A program made the position numbers and the translations under genes. From Deltaproteobacteria bacterium (lineage in GTDB: Bacteria; Chloroflexota; Dehalococcoidia; Dehalococcoidales; BS750m-G39), in the NCBI GenBank assembly GCA_030603275.1, contig JAUVYB010000001.1:125839-189838 (forward strand): a stretch of 64,000 nucleotides of DNA. The letters are read 5' to 3'. This document shows positions 31,516-42,350 of the stretch, in pieces. Positions within the stretch are counted from its first letter, which is position 1, and the number at the start of each line of letters is the position of its first letter. The notes beneath the pieces are model-generated. The model searched no databases and had not been told where the DNA came from. It saw only the letters and a program-made list of their open reading frames with translations.

Positions 31516-31824
31516 ATGCCGAAACAGAAGATAAGAATCAAGCTAAAGGGTTACGACCACAAGTTATTAGACCTGTCGGCGGAGCAGATTGTGGCCGCCG
31601 TAGAGCGGACCGGGGCCGTGGTGGTGGGACCAGTGCCACTGCCCACCCACATCAAACGGTTCAGCGTTATCCGTTCCCCCTTTATTGATAAAGACTCACA
31701 GGAACAGTTCGAGATTCGAACTCACAAGCGCCTGATTGATGTTGTAGATATGACATCCAAGACCATAGACGCCCTGAGCAGCCTCAATCTACCGGCTGGA
31801 GTAGAAATAGACATCAAGCTATAG
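31516..31824 (+). CDS. rpsJ: 30S ribosomal protein S10
   Basis: [20 protein letters not shown]. Confidence 0.98.
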   Translation: MPKQKIRIKLKGYDHKLLDLSAEQIVAAVERTGAVVVGPVPLPTHIKRFSVIRSPFIDKDSQEQFEIRTHKRLIDVVDMTSKTIDALSSLNLPAGVEIDIKL

Positions 31825-31833
31825 GAATAAATC

Positions 31834-32457
31834 ATGGTTCAAGGTATTATTGGCAAAAAGCTAGGCATGGGTCAGATATTCGCCGACGATGGCAAGGTAG
31901 AAGCCTTAACCGCCATCGAGGCCGGCCCCTGCGTTGTAATACAGGTTAAGACCAGGGACAAAGAAGGCTATAATGCCGCCCAGCTCGGCTTTGGAGAAAG
32001 TAAACGGCTCAACTCCCCCCAGAAGGGGCATCTCAAAAAGCTGGGGCAGTTCAAGCACCTCCAGGAGTTCAGGTTAGCCGATACCGGAGACATTAAAATA
32101 GGCGATAAGATTGATGTCAGCCTGTTCAAAGAAGGCGACCTGGTTAATATTACCGGCGTCTCCAAGGGCAAGGGCTTTGCCGGGGTGGTCAAACGCCACC
32201 ACTTTGCCGGCGGCCCCAAGACCCACGGGCAGTCCGACCGCCACCGCGCCCCCGGCTCCATCGGGTCAACTACCAGTCCGGGCCGGGTGCTAAAAGGGAT
32301 GCGCATGGCCGGTCACATGGGCAACAGGCGGGTGACGGTACAACACCTGCAGGTATATAAAACCGACCCGGAGCGCAATCTGTTACTAATCAGGGGAGCC
32401 GTTCCCGGGGCTAAAAACGGGTTACTACTAATAAAGAAAGCGGGAGGGGGCAAATAA
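31834..32457 (+). CDS. rplC: 50S ribosomal protein L3
   Basis: GKKLGM, SKGKGFAGVVKRH, MAGHMG. Confidence 0.98.
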   Translation: MVQGIIGKKLGMGQIFADDGKVEALTAIEAGPCVVIQVKTRDKEGYNAAQLGFGESKRLNSPQKGHLKKLGQFKHLQEFRLADTGDIKIGDKIDVSLFKEGDLVNITGVSKGKGFAGVVKRHHFAGGPKTHGQSDRHRAPGSIGSTTSPGRVLKGMRMAGHMGNRRVTVQHLQVYKTDPERNLLLIRGAVPGAKNGLLLIKKAGGGK

Positions 32458-33135
32458 GTGGAGGTCCCGGTTTATAGCCCCAGCGGTGAGGTAACCAAAC
32501 ACATTGAGATAAGTGACGGCGTTTTTGCCGTGCCCTTTAACGAGGCAGTGGTGCACCAGGCATTAGTCAGACAGCAGGCCAACGCCCGCCAGGGAACCTC
32601 CAGCACCAAGACCCGCGCCGAGGTTGCCGGCAGCGGCCGCAAGCTGTTCCGGCAGAAGCACACCGGCATGGCGCGTGCGGGCAACAAGAAGTCATCGCTG
32701 CGCCGGGGAGGCGGCGTTACTTTCGGCCCCAGGCCCCGGAGTTACCAGCAAGACATGCCCAAAAAGATGCGCCAGCTGGCGCTGAGATGCGCCCTATCAG
32801 CCAAGACCAGGGACGAGGAGCTAAAGGTCTTAGAAGAGCTGAAGTTTGACCAGACCAAGACCAAACAGATGGCGGTAATTTTAGTGGCGCTGGGGATAGA
32901 CTCCACCGCCCTTATTGTGACCGATAAGCCGGAGGAAAATATAATAAAGTCATCCCGCAACCTGGCGGGGATTAAGACCATACCGGCCAATATACTAAAC
33001 GTGGTTGACATTCTATCCTATAAAATGTTACTTATGACCGAGTCGGCGGTACGCAAGGCAGAGCAGCTGTGGGACCCCCCTAAATCTCCGATTTCTGGGG
33101 TAAAGCTGGGGGGAGGCGGCAATGCATCTATATAA
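32458..33135 (+). CDS. rplD: 50S ribosomal protein L4
   Basis: RQGTSSTKTRAEV, QKHTG, GGGVTFGP. Confidence 0.97.
   Translation: MEVPVYSPSGEVTKHIEISDGVFAVPFNEAVVHQALVRQQANARQGTSSTKTRAEVAGSGRKLFRQKHTGMARAGNKKSSLRRGGGVTFGPRPRSYQQDMPKKMRQLALRCALSAKTRDEELKVLEELKFDQTKTKQMAVILVALGIDSTALIVTDKPEENIIKSSRNLAGIKTIPANILNVVDILSYKMLLMTESAVRKAEQLWDPPKSPISGVKLGGGGNASI
33071..33101. repeat. miniature palindromic element inside the rplD 3' end
   Basis: Reverse complement ACCCCAGAAATC-GGA-GATTTAGGGGGGTCCC, same architecture as 18018-18051; flanked by AGCTG repeats. Confidence 0.5.
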
Positions 33136-33406
33136 GGTATTACAACGCCCGTTAATAACCGAAAAGAACTCGGCCCTTCAGGCCCAGGGCAAATACGCCT
33201 TTGAGGTAGTCCAAGAGGCCAATAAGGAACAGATTAAACGGGCGGTAGAGAAAGCATTCAAGGTCACCGTCACCGGGGTCAATGTGATGACGGTGCCCGG
33301 TAAGAGGCGCCGGATGCGGGGCCGAGAGGTACTGAACCCGTCGTGGAAAAAGGCCCTGGTCACCTTAAAACCCGGCGATAAGATAGAACTATTCGAGGGG
33401 GTATAA
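33122..33406 (+). CDS. rplW: 50S ribosomal protein L23
   Basis: PLITEK, WKKALVTL. Confidence 0.97.
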   Translation: MHLYKVLQRPLITEKNSALQAQGKYAFEVVQEANKEQIKRAVEKAFKVTVTGVNVMTVPGKRRRMRGREVLNPSWKKALVTLKPGDKIELFEGV

Positions 33407-34234
33407 GTGCCACTAAAGCAATATCGTCCAACCTCACCCGGCCGGCGGAGCATGACCGGCTCCAGCTTTGAGGAAATAACCAAAAGCAAGCCGGAGAAAT
33501 CGCTGCTGCTACCCCTCAAGAAGAAGGGAGGGCGCAGCAACCAGGGGAAAATCACCGTCCGCCACCGCGGCGGCGGCGCCAAGCGCCGGCTGCGCATAAT
33601 AGACTTTAAAAGAGATAAGCTCGGCGTACCGGGCCGTGTAGCGGCTATTGAATATGACCCCAACCGCTCCGCCCGTATCGCCCTTATTTTCTATGCCGAT
33701 GGGGAGAAGCGCTATATCCTGGCCCCCAACGACCTAAATGTTGATGATGTCATAAAATCAGGCGAGGGTGCCGAGTTAAAACCGGGCAACGCCCTACCCT
33801 TAAAGCTAATCCCCACCGGGACGATGATACATAATATAGAGATGCAACCGGATAAAGGGGGGCAACTGGTACGCAGTGCCGGAGCTGCCGCCCAGCTAAT
33901 GGCCAAGGAAGGCAAATACGCCCTAATCAGAATGCCCTCCAGTGAGGTGCGGCGTATCCGCAGCGACTGTCTGGCCACAATCGGGCAGGTGGGCAATCTT
34001 GACCACCGCAGTATCAGCCTGGGCAAAGCCGGACGCAAACGGTGGATGGGCTGGAGACCCACGGTTAGGGGCTCGGCGATGAACCCCAACGACCACCCCC
34101 ACGGTGGGGGTGAAGGCAGATCCCCGATAGGAATGCCCGGCCCCAAGACACCCTGGGGTAAACCGGCTTTAGGCTACAGGACACGCAAGCCCAAGCCTGG
34201 AGATAAAATGATAGTCAGACGCAGGGGGAAGTGA
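33407..34234 (+). CDS. rplB: 50S ribosomal protein L2
   Basis: [21 protein letters not shown]. Confidence 0.98.
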   Translation: MPLKQYRPTSPGRRSMTGSSFEEITKSKPEKSLLLPLKKKGGRSNQGKITVRHRGGGAKRRLRIIDFKRDKLGVPGRVAAIEYDPNRSARIALIFYADGEKRYILAPNDLNVDDVIKSGEGAELKPGNALPLKLIPTGTMIHNIEMQPDKGGQLVRSAGAAAQLMAKEGKYALIRMPSSEVRRIRSDCLATIGQVGNLDHRSISLGKAGRKRWMGWRPTVRGSAMNPNDHPHGGGEGRSPIGMPGPKTPWGKPALGYRTRKPKPGDKMIVRRRGK

Positions 34235-34239
34235 CTTAA

Positions 34240-34533
34240 ATGTCAAGGTCAACAAAAAAAGGCCCAGCCGTTGATGCCAAACTGATGAAAAAGGTCGATG
34301 CGCTGAGCCGCGCTGAGGAAAAGACGATAATAAAGACCTGGGCTCGCTGGTCCACCATCACGCCCAAGATGGTCGGTTTTACCATCGGCGTCCATGACGG
34401 GCGGAGGCATGTGCCCATCTATATCACGGAAAACATGGTAGGGCACAAACTGGGTGAGTTCGCTTCTACCCGAACCTTCAGGGGACACGTGGGCAGGGGA
34501 GAGAAATCTGCCCCGAGGAAAAGTAGGCCATAA
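34240..34533 (+). CDS. rpsS: 30S ribosomal protein S19
   Basis: MVGHKLGEF. Confidence 0.98.
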   Translation: MSRSTKKGPAVDAKLMKKVDALSRAEEKTIIKTWARWSTITPKMVGFTIGVHDGRRHVPIYITENMVGHKLGEFASTRTFRGHVGRGEKSAPRKSRP

Positions 34534-34881
34534 ATGGAAGTAAAGGCTATATCTAAAGACACCGGTATCTCGCCACGCAAGGTACGCCTGCTGGTAGATA
34601 TGGTGCGGGGCAAGAGGGTAGATGAGGCACTATCCCTGCTCAAATTTACCCCCACCCCCACCGCCAGGGTGGTAGCCAAGGTGGTGAAATCAGCGGCGGC
34701 CAATGCCGAAAACAACTTCCAGATGGACCCCGCCGATTTAAAGATTGTAGGCATCTTTGCCGATGAGGCTAGAACCATGAAAAGGTTTCGCCCCCGGGCT
34801 CGGGGACGAGCCGCCCCCATCCTCAAGCGTTCCAGCCATATAACGGTTATCGTTGCCGAGGAGGAGAGTATTGGGGCATAA
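34534..34881 (+). CDS. rplV: 50S ribosomal protein L22
   Basis: SPRKVRL, SAAANAENN, PRARGRA. Confidence 0.98.
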   Translation: MEVKAISKDTGISPRKVRLLVDMVRGKRVDEALSLLKFTPTPTARVVAKVVKSAAANAENNFQMDPADLKIVGIFADEARTMKRFRPRARGRAAPILKRSSHITVIVAEEESIGA

Positions 34882-35899
34882 AGTACATCCCTTTGGCTTT
34901 AGAATCGGCATCATACGCGACTGGCAGGCCAAGTGGTATGCTGAGAAGGACTACGTCGAATTCTTGCAGGAAGATATGAAGCTCCGCCGGGCCATCCAGT
35001 CCCGGTATACCGATGCCGGCATCTCTCTGGTGGAGATTGAACGCCAGTCGAACAAGGTATCGGTAACTATACACACCGCCCGCCCCGGTGTGGTCATCGG
35101 GCGGGGCGGACAAAGGGTTGATGAAATGAGGCTCATGCTGGAGAATCTTATCGGCAAGAGGATTCAACTCAACGTCCTGGAGGTGCAACAGCCGGAACTT
35201 GATGCCTACCTGGTAGGCAGGGCGATAGCGGAACAGATTGAACACCGTGTTGCTTTCCGCCGGGCCATGAAACAGGCACTATTCCGCACCATGCAGTCGG
35301 GGGCTAAAGGGATAAGAATCAGCTGCGCCGGCAGACTGGGCGGCGTCGAGATAGCCCGCCGCGAGGTTACCCACCAGGGGCAGGTGCCCCTGCACACCCT
35401 GCGGGCCGATATCGATTACGGATTCACCGAAGCGCACACCACCCTGGGCCGGATTGGCATCAAGGTCTGGATTTATCGGGGCGATATTCTCCCCGAACCC
35501 AGCCTGCCGGGAGCTGAGAAAGCCCCGGCCGAAGTAGAAGAAGCCGAAGCGGCAGAAGCCAAGACCCCCACCCCACCAAAAAGGGAAGCAAAACCAAAAG
35601 CAGAAAAACCGGCTGAGGCAGTAGCCCCACCAGCCAAAACCAAAGCCAAAACCAAGGCCAAAGCCGAGGAAAAACCAGAAGAAAAGGCAGAGGTAACCAA
35701 GACCAAGGCCGAGAAAAAGACTAAAGAAAAGACAGAAGTAGCCGAAACCAAGGCCGAGAAAGAAACCAAGAAAGAGGCAACCGAGGCCAAAGCGGAAGCA
35801 AAAACCGCCAAGACAAAGACAAAGAAAACCACCGCCAAGACAAAACCGGCGGTAACCAAGGATAAAGAGGAGACAGATGCTACAACCCAAGCGGGTTAA
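34871..35899 (+). CDS. rpsC: 30S ribosomal protein S3 with long K/E/A/T/P-rich tail
   Basis: [32 protein letters not shown]; TTG start after GGAG. Confidence 0.97.
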   Translation: MGHKVHPFGFRIGIIRDWQAKWYAEKDYVEFLQEDMKLRRAIQSRYTDAGISLVEIERQSNKVSVTIHTARPGVVIGRGGQRVDEMRLMLENLIGKRIQLNVLEVQQPELDAYLVGRAIAEQIEHRVAFRRAMKQALFRTMQSGAKGIRISCAGRLGGVEIARREVTHQGQVPLHTLRADIDYGFTEAHTTLGRIGIKVWIYRGDILPEPSLPGAEKAPAEVEEAEAAEAKTPTPPKREAKPKAEKPAEAVAPPAKTKAKTKAKAEEKPEEKAEVTKTKAEKKTKEKTEVAETKAEKETKKEATEAKAEAKTAKTKTKKTTAKTKPAVTKDKEETDATTQAG

Positions 35900-36335
35900 G
35901 TACCGCAAGAGCCATAAAGGACACCGCCGGGGCAAAGCCCATACGGGCAACAGCATTGAATTCGGCGACTACGGCCTGCAGGCGATGGAATCGGCATGGC
36001 TTACCGGCCGGCAGATTGAAGCGGCGCGCCGTGCCATCACCCATTACATCCGCCGTGGTGGTAACGTCTGGATTCGCATCTTCCCCGATAAACCGGTAAC
36101 CAAAAAGGCGGCGGAAACCCGCCAGGGCGGGGGAAAGGGTGCCCCCGACCACTGGGTAGCAGTGGTTAGACCGGGCAGAATTTTATTCGAGATGGGCGGA
36201 GTCAGTGAGGCGGTAGCCAAAGGGGCAATGCGCCTGGCCTCACACAAACTCCCCATAAACAGCAAATTCGTAGTCAGAGAAACGGGCGTAGCCGTGGCTA
36301 GCGATACCAAGGAGGCAGCTCAGGGTGAAGATTGA
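35877..36335 (+). CDS. rplP: 50S ribosomal protein L16
   Basis: [28 protein letters not shown]. Confidence 0.98.
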   Translation: MLQPKRVKYRKSHKGHRRGKAHTGNSIEFGDYGLQAMESAWLTGRQIEAARRAITHYIRRGGNVWIRIFPDKPVTKKAAETRQGGGKGAPDHWVAVVRPGRILFEMGGVSEAVAKGAMRLASHKLPINSKFVVRETGVAVASDTKEAAQGED

Positions 36336-36522
36336 AGAGGTCAGAGCTTTAAGCGCTAAAGAGCTGGACAAACAGCTGGAGGAAGCTCACCAAGAGCTGT
36401 TTAACCTGCGCTTTCGCCTGGCGACCAAGCAACTGGTAAACCATCGCGAGATTCCCAGGGTAAAAAAGACAATTGCCCAGCTCAAGACAATAATGAGAGA
36501 AAGAGAGCTAGTTAAAAGGTAA
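36325..36522 (+). CDS. rpmC: 50S ribosomal protein L29
   Basis: ELFNLRF, operon position. Confidence 0.96.
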   Translation: MKIEEVRALSAKELDKQLEEAHQELFNLRFRLATKQLVNHREIPRVKKTIAQLKTIMRERELVKR

Positions 36523-36528
36523 CGGACT

Positions 36529-37083
36529 ATGGAAAGCAAGCATAAATTCAGACTTGGCCAGGTAGTCAGTGACAAAATGGACAAGACAGTGGTGGTGGCG
36601 GTAGAAACGCCCAAGCGCCACCCGTTATATAAGAAGACCATGAAAAGAGTGGTCAAGTATAAAGCTCACGACGAGAAAAACAAGTGCCATGTTGGAGACA
36701 AAGTAATAATTATAGAAACCCGCCCTCTTTCCCGGGAAAAGCGGTGGCGGGTAGCCGAGATAGTAGCCAAGGCTGAGGTAGTGGAGATTTCTCCTGAGGA
36801 AATAACCCGGGAAGACCTGGCCAAGGTTATGCCGGAGAAAAAGCCCAAGGAAAAACCTGAGGTCAAAGCTGAGGAAGAAACCAAGGGAGAAGAAAAGGAA
36901 GAGGCAGCCGAGGCAAAACCGGCCAAGAAAGCTGAAGAAGAAAAAGTGGCCGAGCCTGAGGCTGAGAAAAAAGCTAAAGAAGAAAAGGTGACCGAGCCTG
37001 AGCCCGAAGAAAAACCCGAGGAAGAGAAAAAGAAAGCCGAGCCCAAGGCCGAGAAAAAAGCTAAAGAAGAGGCAGAGGACTAG
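36529..37083 (+). CDS. rpsQ: 30S ribosomal protein S17 with long K/E-rich tail
   Basis: [23 protein letters not shown]. Confidence 0.97.
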   Translation: MESKHKFRLGQVVSDKMDKTVVVAVETPKRHPLYKKTMKRVVKYKAHDEKNKCHVGDKVIIIETRPLSREKRWRVAEIVAKAEVVEISPEEITREDLAKVMPEKKPKEKPEVKAEEETKGEEKEEAAEAKPAKKAEEEKVAEPEAEKKAKEEKVTEPEPEEKPEEEKKKAEPKAEKKAKEEAED

Positions 37084-37089
37084 GTTAAG

Positions 37090-37458
37090 ATGATTCAATC
37101 CTATACCAGGCTCAAGGCAGCTGATAACACCGGCGCCAGAGAAATTATGTGCATTACCGTTTTAGGCGGCACCAGGAGAAAATACGCCCACGTCGGTGAC
37201 GTTATTGTAGCCTCGGTAAAAAAAGCCATCCCCCGGGGGGCGGTCAAGGAGGGGGAGGTAGTCAGAGCGGTTATCGTTCGCTGTGCCCAGCCCTTCAGAC
37301 GCCCGGACGGCTCCTACATCAGGTTTGATGAAAATGCCGCGGTAATTCTAACCGATAAGAACAACCCCAAGGGAACCAGAATATTCGGACCGGTAGCTAG
37401 GGAGCTGAGGGACAAGAATTTCGCCAAGATTATCTCGCTGGCACCCGAGGTAGTGTGA
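37090..37458 (+). CDS. rplN: 50S ribosomal protein L14
   Basis: [18 protein letters not shown]. Confidence 0.98.
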   Translation: MIQSYTRLKAADNTGAREIMCITVLGGTRRKYAHVGDVIVASVKKAIPRGAVKEGEVVRAVIVRCAQPFRRPDGSYIRFDENAAVILTDKNNPKGTRIFGPVARELRDKNFAKIISLAPEVV

Positions 37459-37464
37459 GACAGG

Positions 37465-37776
37465 ATGAATATTAGGAAAGACGATACGGTACTGGTCATT
37501 GCCGGCAAGGACAAGGGCAAAAAGGGCAAGGTGCGCTTCACCTACCCCGATGAGAAGAAGATACTGGTGGATGGCGTCAACTTCATCAAGAAGCACAGCA
37601 AAGCCAAGGGAGCGGCCAAGCAGGCGGGCATAATCGACCGGGAGGCGACAATCCAGGTATCCAATGTTATGCTGCTCTGCAGCAAGTGCAATCACCCGGC
37701 TCGGGTAGGCTTCCGTTCCCTGTCTGATGGCCGGAAGGTGCGGTTCTGCCGCGCCTGCGGCGAGGTAATAGACTAA
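37465..37776 (+). CDS. rplX: 50S ribosomal protein L24
   Basis: VIAGKDKGKKG KOW motif. Confidence 0.97.
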   Translation: MNIRKDDTVLVIAGKDKGKKGKVRFTYPDEKKILVDGVNFIKKHSKAKGAAKQAGIIDREATIQVSNVMLLCSKCNHPARVGFRSLSDGRKVRFCRACGEVID

Positions 37777-38319
37777 ATGTCAGAACTTAAAGAAAAATAT
37801 AAAAAAGAGGTTGTTCCCCAGCTCATGGAGCTTGGCGGGTACAAGAATATAATGCAGGTGCCACGCCTGGAAAAGGTGGCACTTAACATCGGCATAGGCG
37901 AGGCGACTACGGATGCCAAGGCTCTGGAGTCAGCCGAGAAGGATTTAGCGGCTATTGCGGGGCAGCACCCGGTTATAACCCGGGCCAAGAAATCCATTGC
38001 CGCCTTCAAGTTAAGGGAAGGGATGACCGTCGGGCTAAGAGTGACCCTAAGGGGAGAGCGCATGTATCAATTTCTGGAAAAGCTGATAAACGCCACTCTA
38101 CCCCGGATGCGCGAATTCCGCGGGGTTTCCCCCAGCTCCTTTGACGGCCGGGGCAATTACACCATGGGATTCAAGGAGCAGACCCTCTTCCCCGAAATAG
38201 ACTATGATAAGATAGACAAAGCGCGGGGACTGGAGTTATCAATTGTCACTACGGCCAAAACCGACGAGGAAAGCAAGCAACTGCTGGAATTACTGGGCCT
38301 GCCTTTTGCCCGAGATTGA
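37777..38319 (+). CDS. rplE: 50S ribosomal protein L5
   Basis: [19 protein letters not shown]. Confidence 0.98.
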   Translation: MSELKEKYKKEVVPQLMELGGYKNIMQVPRLEKVALNIGIGEATTDAKALESAEKDLAAIAGQHPVITRAKKSIAAFKLREGMTVGLRVTLRGERMYQFLEKLINATLPRMREFRGVSPSSFDGRGNYTMGFKEQTLFPEIDYDKIDKARGLELSIVTTAKTDEESKQLLELLGLPFARD

Positions 38320-38325
38320 GGTGGA

Positions 38326-38511
38326 ATGGCTAAGAAATCAAAACTAGAAAAATCGAAGCGGCCGCCCAAATACAAGGTACAGCAGCGTAACCGCTGTTTC
38401 CTGTGTGGCCGGCCCCGGGGTTACATCCGCCAGTTCGGCCTGTGCCGGATTTGCTTTCGCAAGCTAGCCCTGGCGGGACAGGTTCCCGGGGTAAGAAAGG
38501 CAAGCTGGTGA
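38326..38511 (+). CDS. rpsN: 30S ribosomal protein S14 type Z
   Basis: RCFLCGRP...LCRICFR. Confidence 0.97.
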   Translation: MAKKSKLEKSKRPPKYKVQQRNRCFLCGRPRGYIRQFGLCRICFRKLALAGQVPGVRKASW

Positions 38512-38518
38512 GGGAGAT

Positions 38519-38917
38519 ATGGCTGTAACTGACCCAATAGCCGATATGTTAACCAGAATACGCAATGCCATTATGGCCAGGCATGACTTTGTCCTGATGC
38601 CATCCTCAAGGACTAAGCTGGCTATTGCCCGCATCCTCAAAGAGGAAGGCTTCATCACTGAGTATGAAGTACTCAGGAGCAAGCCGCACCGGTCAATCAA
38701 GGTCTACCTCAAATACGACGATAAAAGTAAGTCCATCATCTCCGGGCTGGAGCGGGTAAGCAAGCCCGGGCTGAGGATATACGTGGGACAAAAGGAGATT
38801 CCCCGCGTCCATGGCGGTTTAGGCGTCGCTATCATTTCCACCCCCAAGGGGGTAATAACCGGCAAGCAGGCCTGGCGCCAGGGAATCGGCGGTGAAATAC
38901 TATGCTACGTATGGTAA
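38519..38917 (+). CDS. rpsH: 30S ribosomal protein S8
   Basis: [21 protein letters not shown]. Confidence 0.98.
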   Translation: MAVTDPIADMLTRIRNAIMARHDFVLMPSSRTKLAIARILKEEGFITEYEVLRSKPHRSIKVYLKYDDKSKSIISGLERVSKPGLRIYVGQKEIPRVHGGLGVAIISTPKGVITGKQAWRQGIGGEILCYVW

Positions 38918-38938
38918 ATAAATACCGGGGTGATATAC

Positions 38939-39493
38939 ATGTCTAGGGTAGGTCGGATGCCGATACCGGTACCCGATGGGGTAAAGGTAAGCATTGAGCC
39001 GGACTCGGTCACGGTAACCGGTCCCAAAGGGGAACTCAACCGCCGCTTCAACCCGGATATAAGTATTGTCCTGGAAGATAAAAACCTGATAGTATCCCGC
39101 CCCGATGACAGCAAGGAGCACCGTTCCCTGCACGGACTTACCCGCAGTCTGCTGGCCAACATGGTACAGGGGGTAAGCGACGGCTTTGAGAAGACCCTGG
39201 AGATAGTGGGAGTTGGCTACCGGGTGGAAAAGGCCGAGGATAAGCTAATGCTTAGGGTCGGCTTCTCCCACCAGGTAGAGGTAACTCCCTTACCCGGCGT
39301 CTCGCTGGACGTAGAGCCAGGCAATCGCATCAAGGTCAGCGGAATCAACAAAGAGGTAGTGGGCGAAATGGCCGCTGAAATCAGAGCCATCCGTCCCCCC
39401 GATACATATAAGGGCAAAGGCATCAGATATGCCGGCGAGGTAGTCCGCCTTAAAGCCGGCAAGGCCGGTAAGGCTATAGGTAATAGGGCGTAA
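38939..39493 (+). CDS. rplF: 50S ribosomal protein L6
   Basis: [17 protein letters not shown]. Confidence 0.98.
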   Translation: MSRVGRMPIPVPDGVKVSIEPDSVTVTGPKGELNRRFNPDISIVLEDKNLIVSRPDDSKEHRSLHGLTRSLLANMVQGVSDGFEKTLEIVGVGYRVEKAEDKLMLRVGFSHQVEVTPLPGVSLDVEPGNRIKVSGINKEVVGEMAAEIRAIRPPDTYKGKGIRYAGEVVRLKAGKAGKAIGNRA

Positions 39494-39858
39494 TGAAAAA
39501 AGGCGAAGCCAGAATAGCACGCAAAAGAAGACACCTCCGGGTCAGAGCCAAATTATCCGGCAATGCTTCCCGGCCGCGGCTCTGTGTCTTTCGCAGCCTT
39601 AACCACATCTACGCCCAGATTATCAATGACGAGCAGGGGCACACGCTGGTCACAGCTTCAACCCTGGACCAGGATATAAAAAGCGGGGCAGACAGCCAGG
39701 CCAAGTCAGCCAGAGCCGGGCTGGTCGGTTCCCTGGTGGCTAAACGTGCTCTAGATAATGGGATAAAAGAGGTAGTCTTCGACCGCGGCGGCTACAAATA
39801 TCACGGCAGGGTAAAAGCCCTGGCCGAAGCCGCCCGACAGGCAGGACTGAAATTTTAG
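39493..39858 (+). CDS. rplR: 50S ribosomal protein L18
   Basis: [20 protein letters not shown]. Confidence 0.98.
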   Translation: MKKGEARIARKRRHLRVRAKLSGNASRPRLCVFRSLNHIYAQIINDEQGHTLVTASTLDQDIKSGADSQAKSARAGLVGSLVAKRALDNGIKEVVFDRGGYKYHGRVKALAEAARQAGLKF

Positions 39859-39875
39859 GGGGAATATTAAAGTCA

Positions 39876-40400
39876 GTGAAACAAGCCATAAACAGAATAG
39901 ACCCCGCTGAACTGGTACTGAATGACAAGCTGGTTTATATCAACCGGGTGAGCAAGGTGGTGAGGGGAGGCAAACGCCTCCGGTTCAGCGCCCTGTCGGT
40001 AACCGGCGATGGCAACGGGCATGTCGGCATTGGCGTTGGTAAAGCCAACAGCGTGCCCGAGGCAATCAACAAGTCGGGCGCCGTCGCCAGAAAGAACCTT
40101 ATTCAGGTTCCACTAGCCGGGACAACCATCCCGCAGGCAGCGACGGTCAAATTCGGGGCGGCCCAGGTGCTGCTAAGACCAGCCTCACCGGGCACAGGCA
40201 TCATTGCCGGCGGCAGTATCCGGGCGGTGGTAGAGGCCGCCGGAATTAAGGACATTCTCACCAAATCGCTAGGCAGCGCCAACCGCATTAACACGGCCAA
40301 GGCTACCATACTCGCCCTCAGCCAGCTCAAAGAACCCCAAGCAGAACTGGCCCGGCGCCGGGTAACCGCCAAGGTTGAGGGGAGGGCAAGCGGTGGCTAA
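39876..40400 (+). CDS. rpsE: 30S ribosomal protein S5
   Basis: [21 protein letters not shown]. Confidence 0.97.
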   Translation: MKQAINRIDPAELVLNDKLVYINRVSKVVRGGKRLRFSALSVTGDGNGHVGIGVGKANSVPEAINKSGAVARKNLIQVPLAGTTIPQAATVKFGAAQVLLRPASPGTGIIAGGSIRAVVEAAGIKDILTKSLGSANRINTAKATILALSQLKEPQAELARRRVTAKVEGRASGG

Positions 40401-40575
40401 GCTGCGTATCACCCAGATTAAAAGCGGCATCGGCTATCCCCAGGACCAGAAGAAGACGCTGAAGGCGCTGGGGTTTCACCGGCTAAACCAGAGTGTTACC
40501 CAAGACGACCGCCCCTCGGTACGGGGTATGATTAACAAGGTGAAACACCTGGTTAAGGTGGAGGAGACAAGCTGA
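40393..40575 (+). CDS. rpmD: 50S ribosomal protein L30
   Basis: TLKALG...[11 protein letters not shown]; GTG start. Confidence 0.95.
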   Translation: MAKLRITQIKSGIGYPQDQKKTLKALGFHRLNQSVTQDDRPSVRGMINKVKHLVKVEETS

Positions 40576-41039
40576 TGCTACAGGAGAAACTCTCCCCACC
40601 CCCCGGCGCCAAGAAAGCCAGAAAACGAGTGGGGCGGGGCGATGGCAGCGGGCACGGCACCTACTCCGGGCGCGGCAGCAAGGGACAGAAGTCCCGCGCA
40701 GGATATAAGATGCGCCCCGGCTTTGAAGGCGGGCAGCTGCCGTTAATCAAGCGCCTCCCGGAAAAGCGCGGCTTTCACAATCCCTTCCGGACGGAGTATA
40801 CCACGGTAAAAATCGGCCAACTCGGTATCTTCGAACCGGAAAGCGAGGTCACACCGGAGAAACTGATCGCCGCTAGGATAGTAAAATCGCTGCGCCAGCC
40901 AATCAAGATTCTGGCCGGAGGTGAAATCAGCCATCCACTGGTGGTAAAGGCAAACAAGTTCTCCGCCGCGGCTAAAGCCAAGATAGAAGCCGCCGGCGGT
41001 AAAACGGAGGAGATAGGGAATGAAGCCCAGACAGACTAG
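40575..41039 (+). CDS. rplO: 50S ribosomal protein L15
   Basis: RVGRG, GFEGGQLP. Confidence 0.98.
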   Translation: MLQEKLSPPPGAKKARKRVGRGDGSGHGTYSGRGSKGQKSRAGYKMRPGFEGGQLPLIKRLPEKRGFHNPFRTEYTTVKIGQLGIFEPESEVTPEKLIAARIVKSLRQPIKILAGGEISHPLVVKANKFSAAAKAKIEAAGGKTEEIGNEAQTD

Positions 41040-42342
41040 GCCACGGCTGCTGCAGGCCATGATTGATGCCTTCAGTCTGCCCGATTTAAGACGGCGCATC
41101 CTCATCACGCTGGGCATCTTGATTATCTTCCGCTTCGTGGCTCACGTGCCTCTTCCCGGCGTAGACCTCGAGGCGCTGAAAGAGCTGTTCGAGAGCAACG
41201 CCCTGCTGGGCATGCTTAACATGTTCAGCGGCGGCGCCATGGCGCGTCTTAGCGTGGCGGCGATGGGGGTTTACCCCTACATCACGGCATCAATCGTCAT
41301 GACGCTGCTGGTACCGGTCATTCCCAAACTGCGAGCCCTCTCCCAGGAAGGGGAGTCGGGTAGAGACAAGATTAATCGTTTTACCCACTGGCTGACCATA
41401 CCCATGGCCGCTATGCAGGGCTACGGGCAGCTCATCTACTTCCAGAGCCAGGGTGTTATCGGCAGCGCCGCGGCGCTACCCATGGCCTCCATGGTCATAT
41501 CCATGATTGCCGGCACCATGTTCTGTGTCTGGCTGGGTGAGCGTATTACCGAATACGGTATCGGCAACGGTATATCGATAATAATCTTTGGCGGCATTGT
41601 CGCCGGCTACTGGGAAACGACGGGACAGGTTTTCTTCGCTGCCGGACAGGGGCAATGGACCGGGGCCGTGGTTTATGTTATTATCGCCCTGCTCACCACC
41701 GTTCTCATCGTCATTTTTACCGAAGCCCACCGCCGCATCCCCGTCCAGTACTCCCGCAGCGTCTTTCGCAGCGGGCGGATGTACCGGCAGTCAGGCTCAA
41801 CCCACATCCCGCTGCGGGTAAACACCGCCGGCATGATACCCCTCATCTTTGCCATGTCACTGGTCATCTTCCCCGGTACGGTCGCCAGCTACTTTGCCGC
41901 CCCGCCGGGGGCTGACCCTAACTTCGCCGATCAAATTATGGCCTGGTTTAACCCCAGTGCCGCACTGCCCATGGGATTATTCTACTGGGGGCTCAACTTC
42001 CTGCTGGTAGTTGGTTTTGCCTTCTTCTATACCATGATTATTTTCGAGCAGCAGGACCTGCCCGGCACCCTGCAACGGCAGGGGGGCTTTATCCCCGGAA
42101 TCCGCCCCGGCCCCCACACCAAGGAATACCTGGACGGGGTGATAAAGCACATTACCTGGGCGGGAGCCCTCTTCCTGGCAGTAGTAGCCATAATGCCCTT
42201 CTTCGCCAGGGAAATAAGCAACGTGCAGGTAATACAGCTATCCAGCATGGGCCTGCTGATTGTAGTCGGCGTCGTCCTAGATACCATGAAGCAGATAGAA
42301 GCCCAGCTGGTAATGCGGCGCTATGAGGGTTTCATTAAATAG
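41020..42342 (+). CDS. secY: preprotein translocase subunit SecY
   Basis: GVYPYITASI, GIGNGIS, FIPGIRPG, LLIVVGV. Confidence 0.98.
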   Translation: MKPRQTRPRLLQAMIDAFSLPDLRRRILITLGILIIFRFVAHVPLPGVDLEALKELFESNALLGMLNMFSGGAMARLSVAAMGVYPYITASIVMTLLVPVIPKLRALSQEGESGRDKINRFTHWLTIPMAAMQGYGQLIYFQSQGVIGSAAALPMASMVISMIAGTMFCVWLGERITEYGIGNGISIIIFGGIVAGYWETTGQVFFAAGQGQWTGAVVYVIIALLTTVLIVIFTEAHRRIPVQYSRSVFRSGRMYRQSGSTHIPLRVNTAGMIPLIFAMSLVIFPGTVASYFAAPPGADPNFADQIMAWFNPSAALPMGLFYWGLNFLLVVGFAFFYTMIIFEQQDLPGTLQRQGGFIPGIRPGPHTKEYLDGVIKHITWAGALFLAVVAIMPFFAREISNVQVIQLSSMGLLIVVGVVLDTMKQIEAQLVMRRYEGFIK

Positions 42343-42350
42343 GGATAAAG

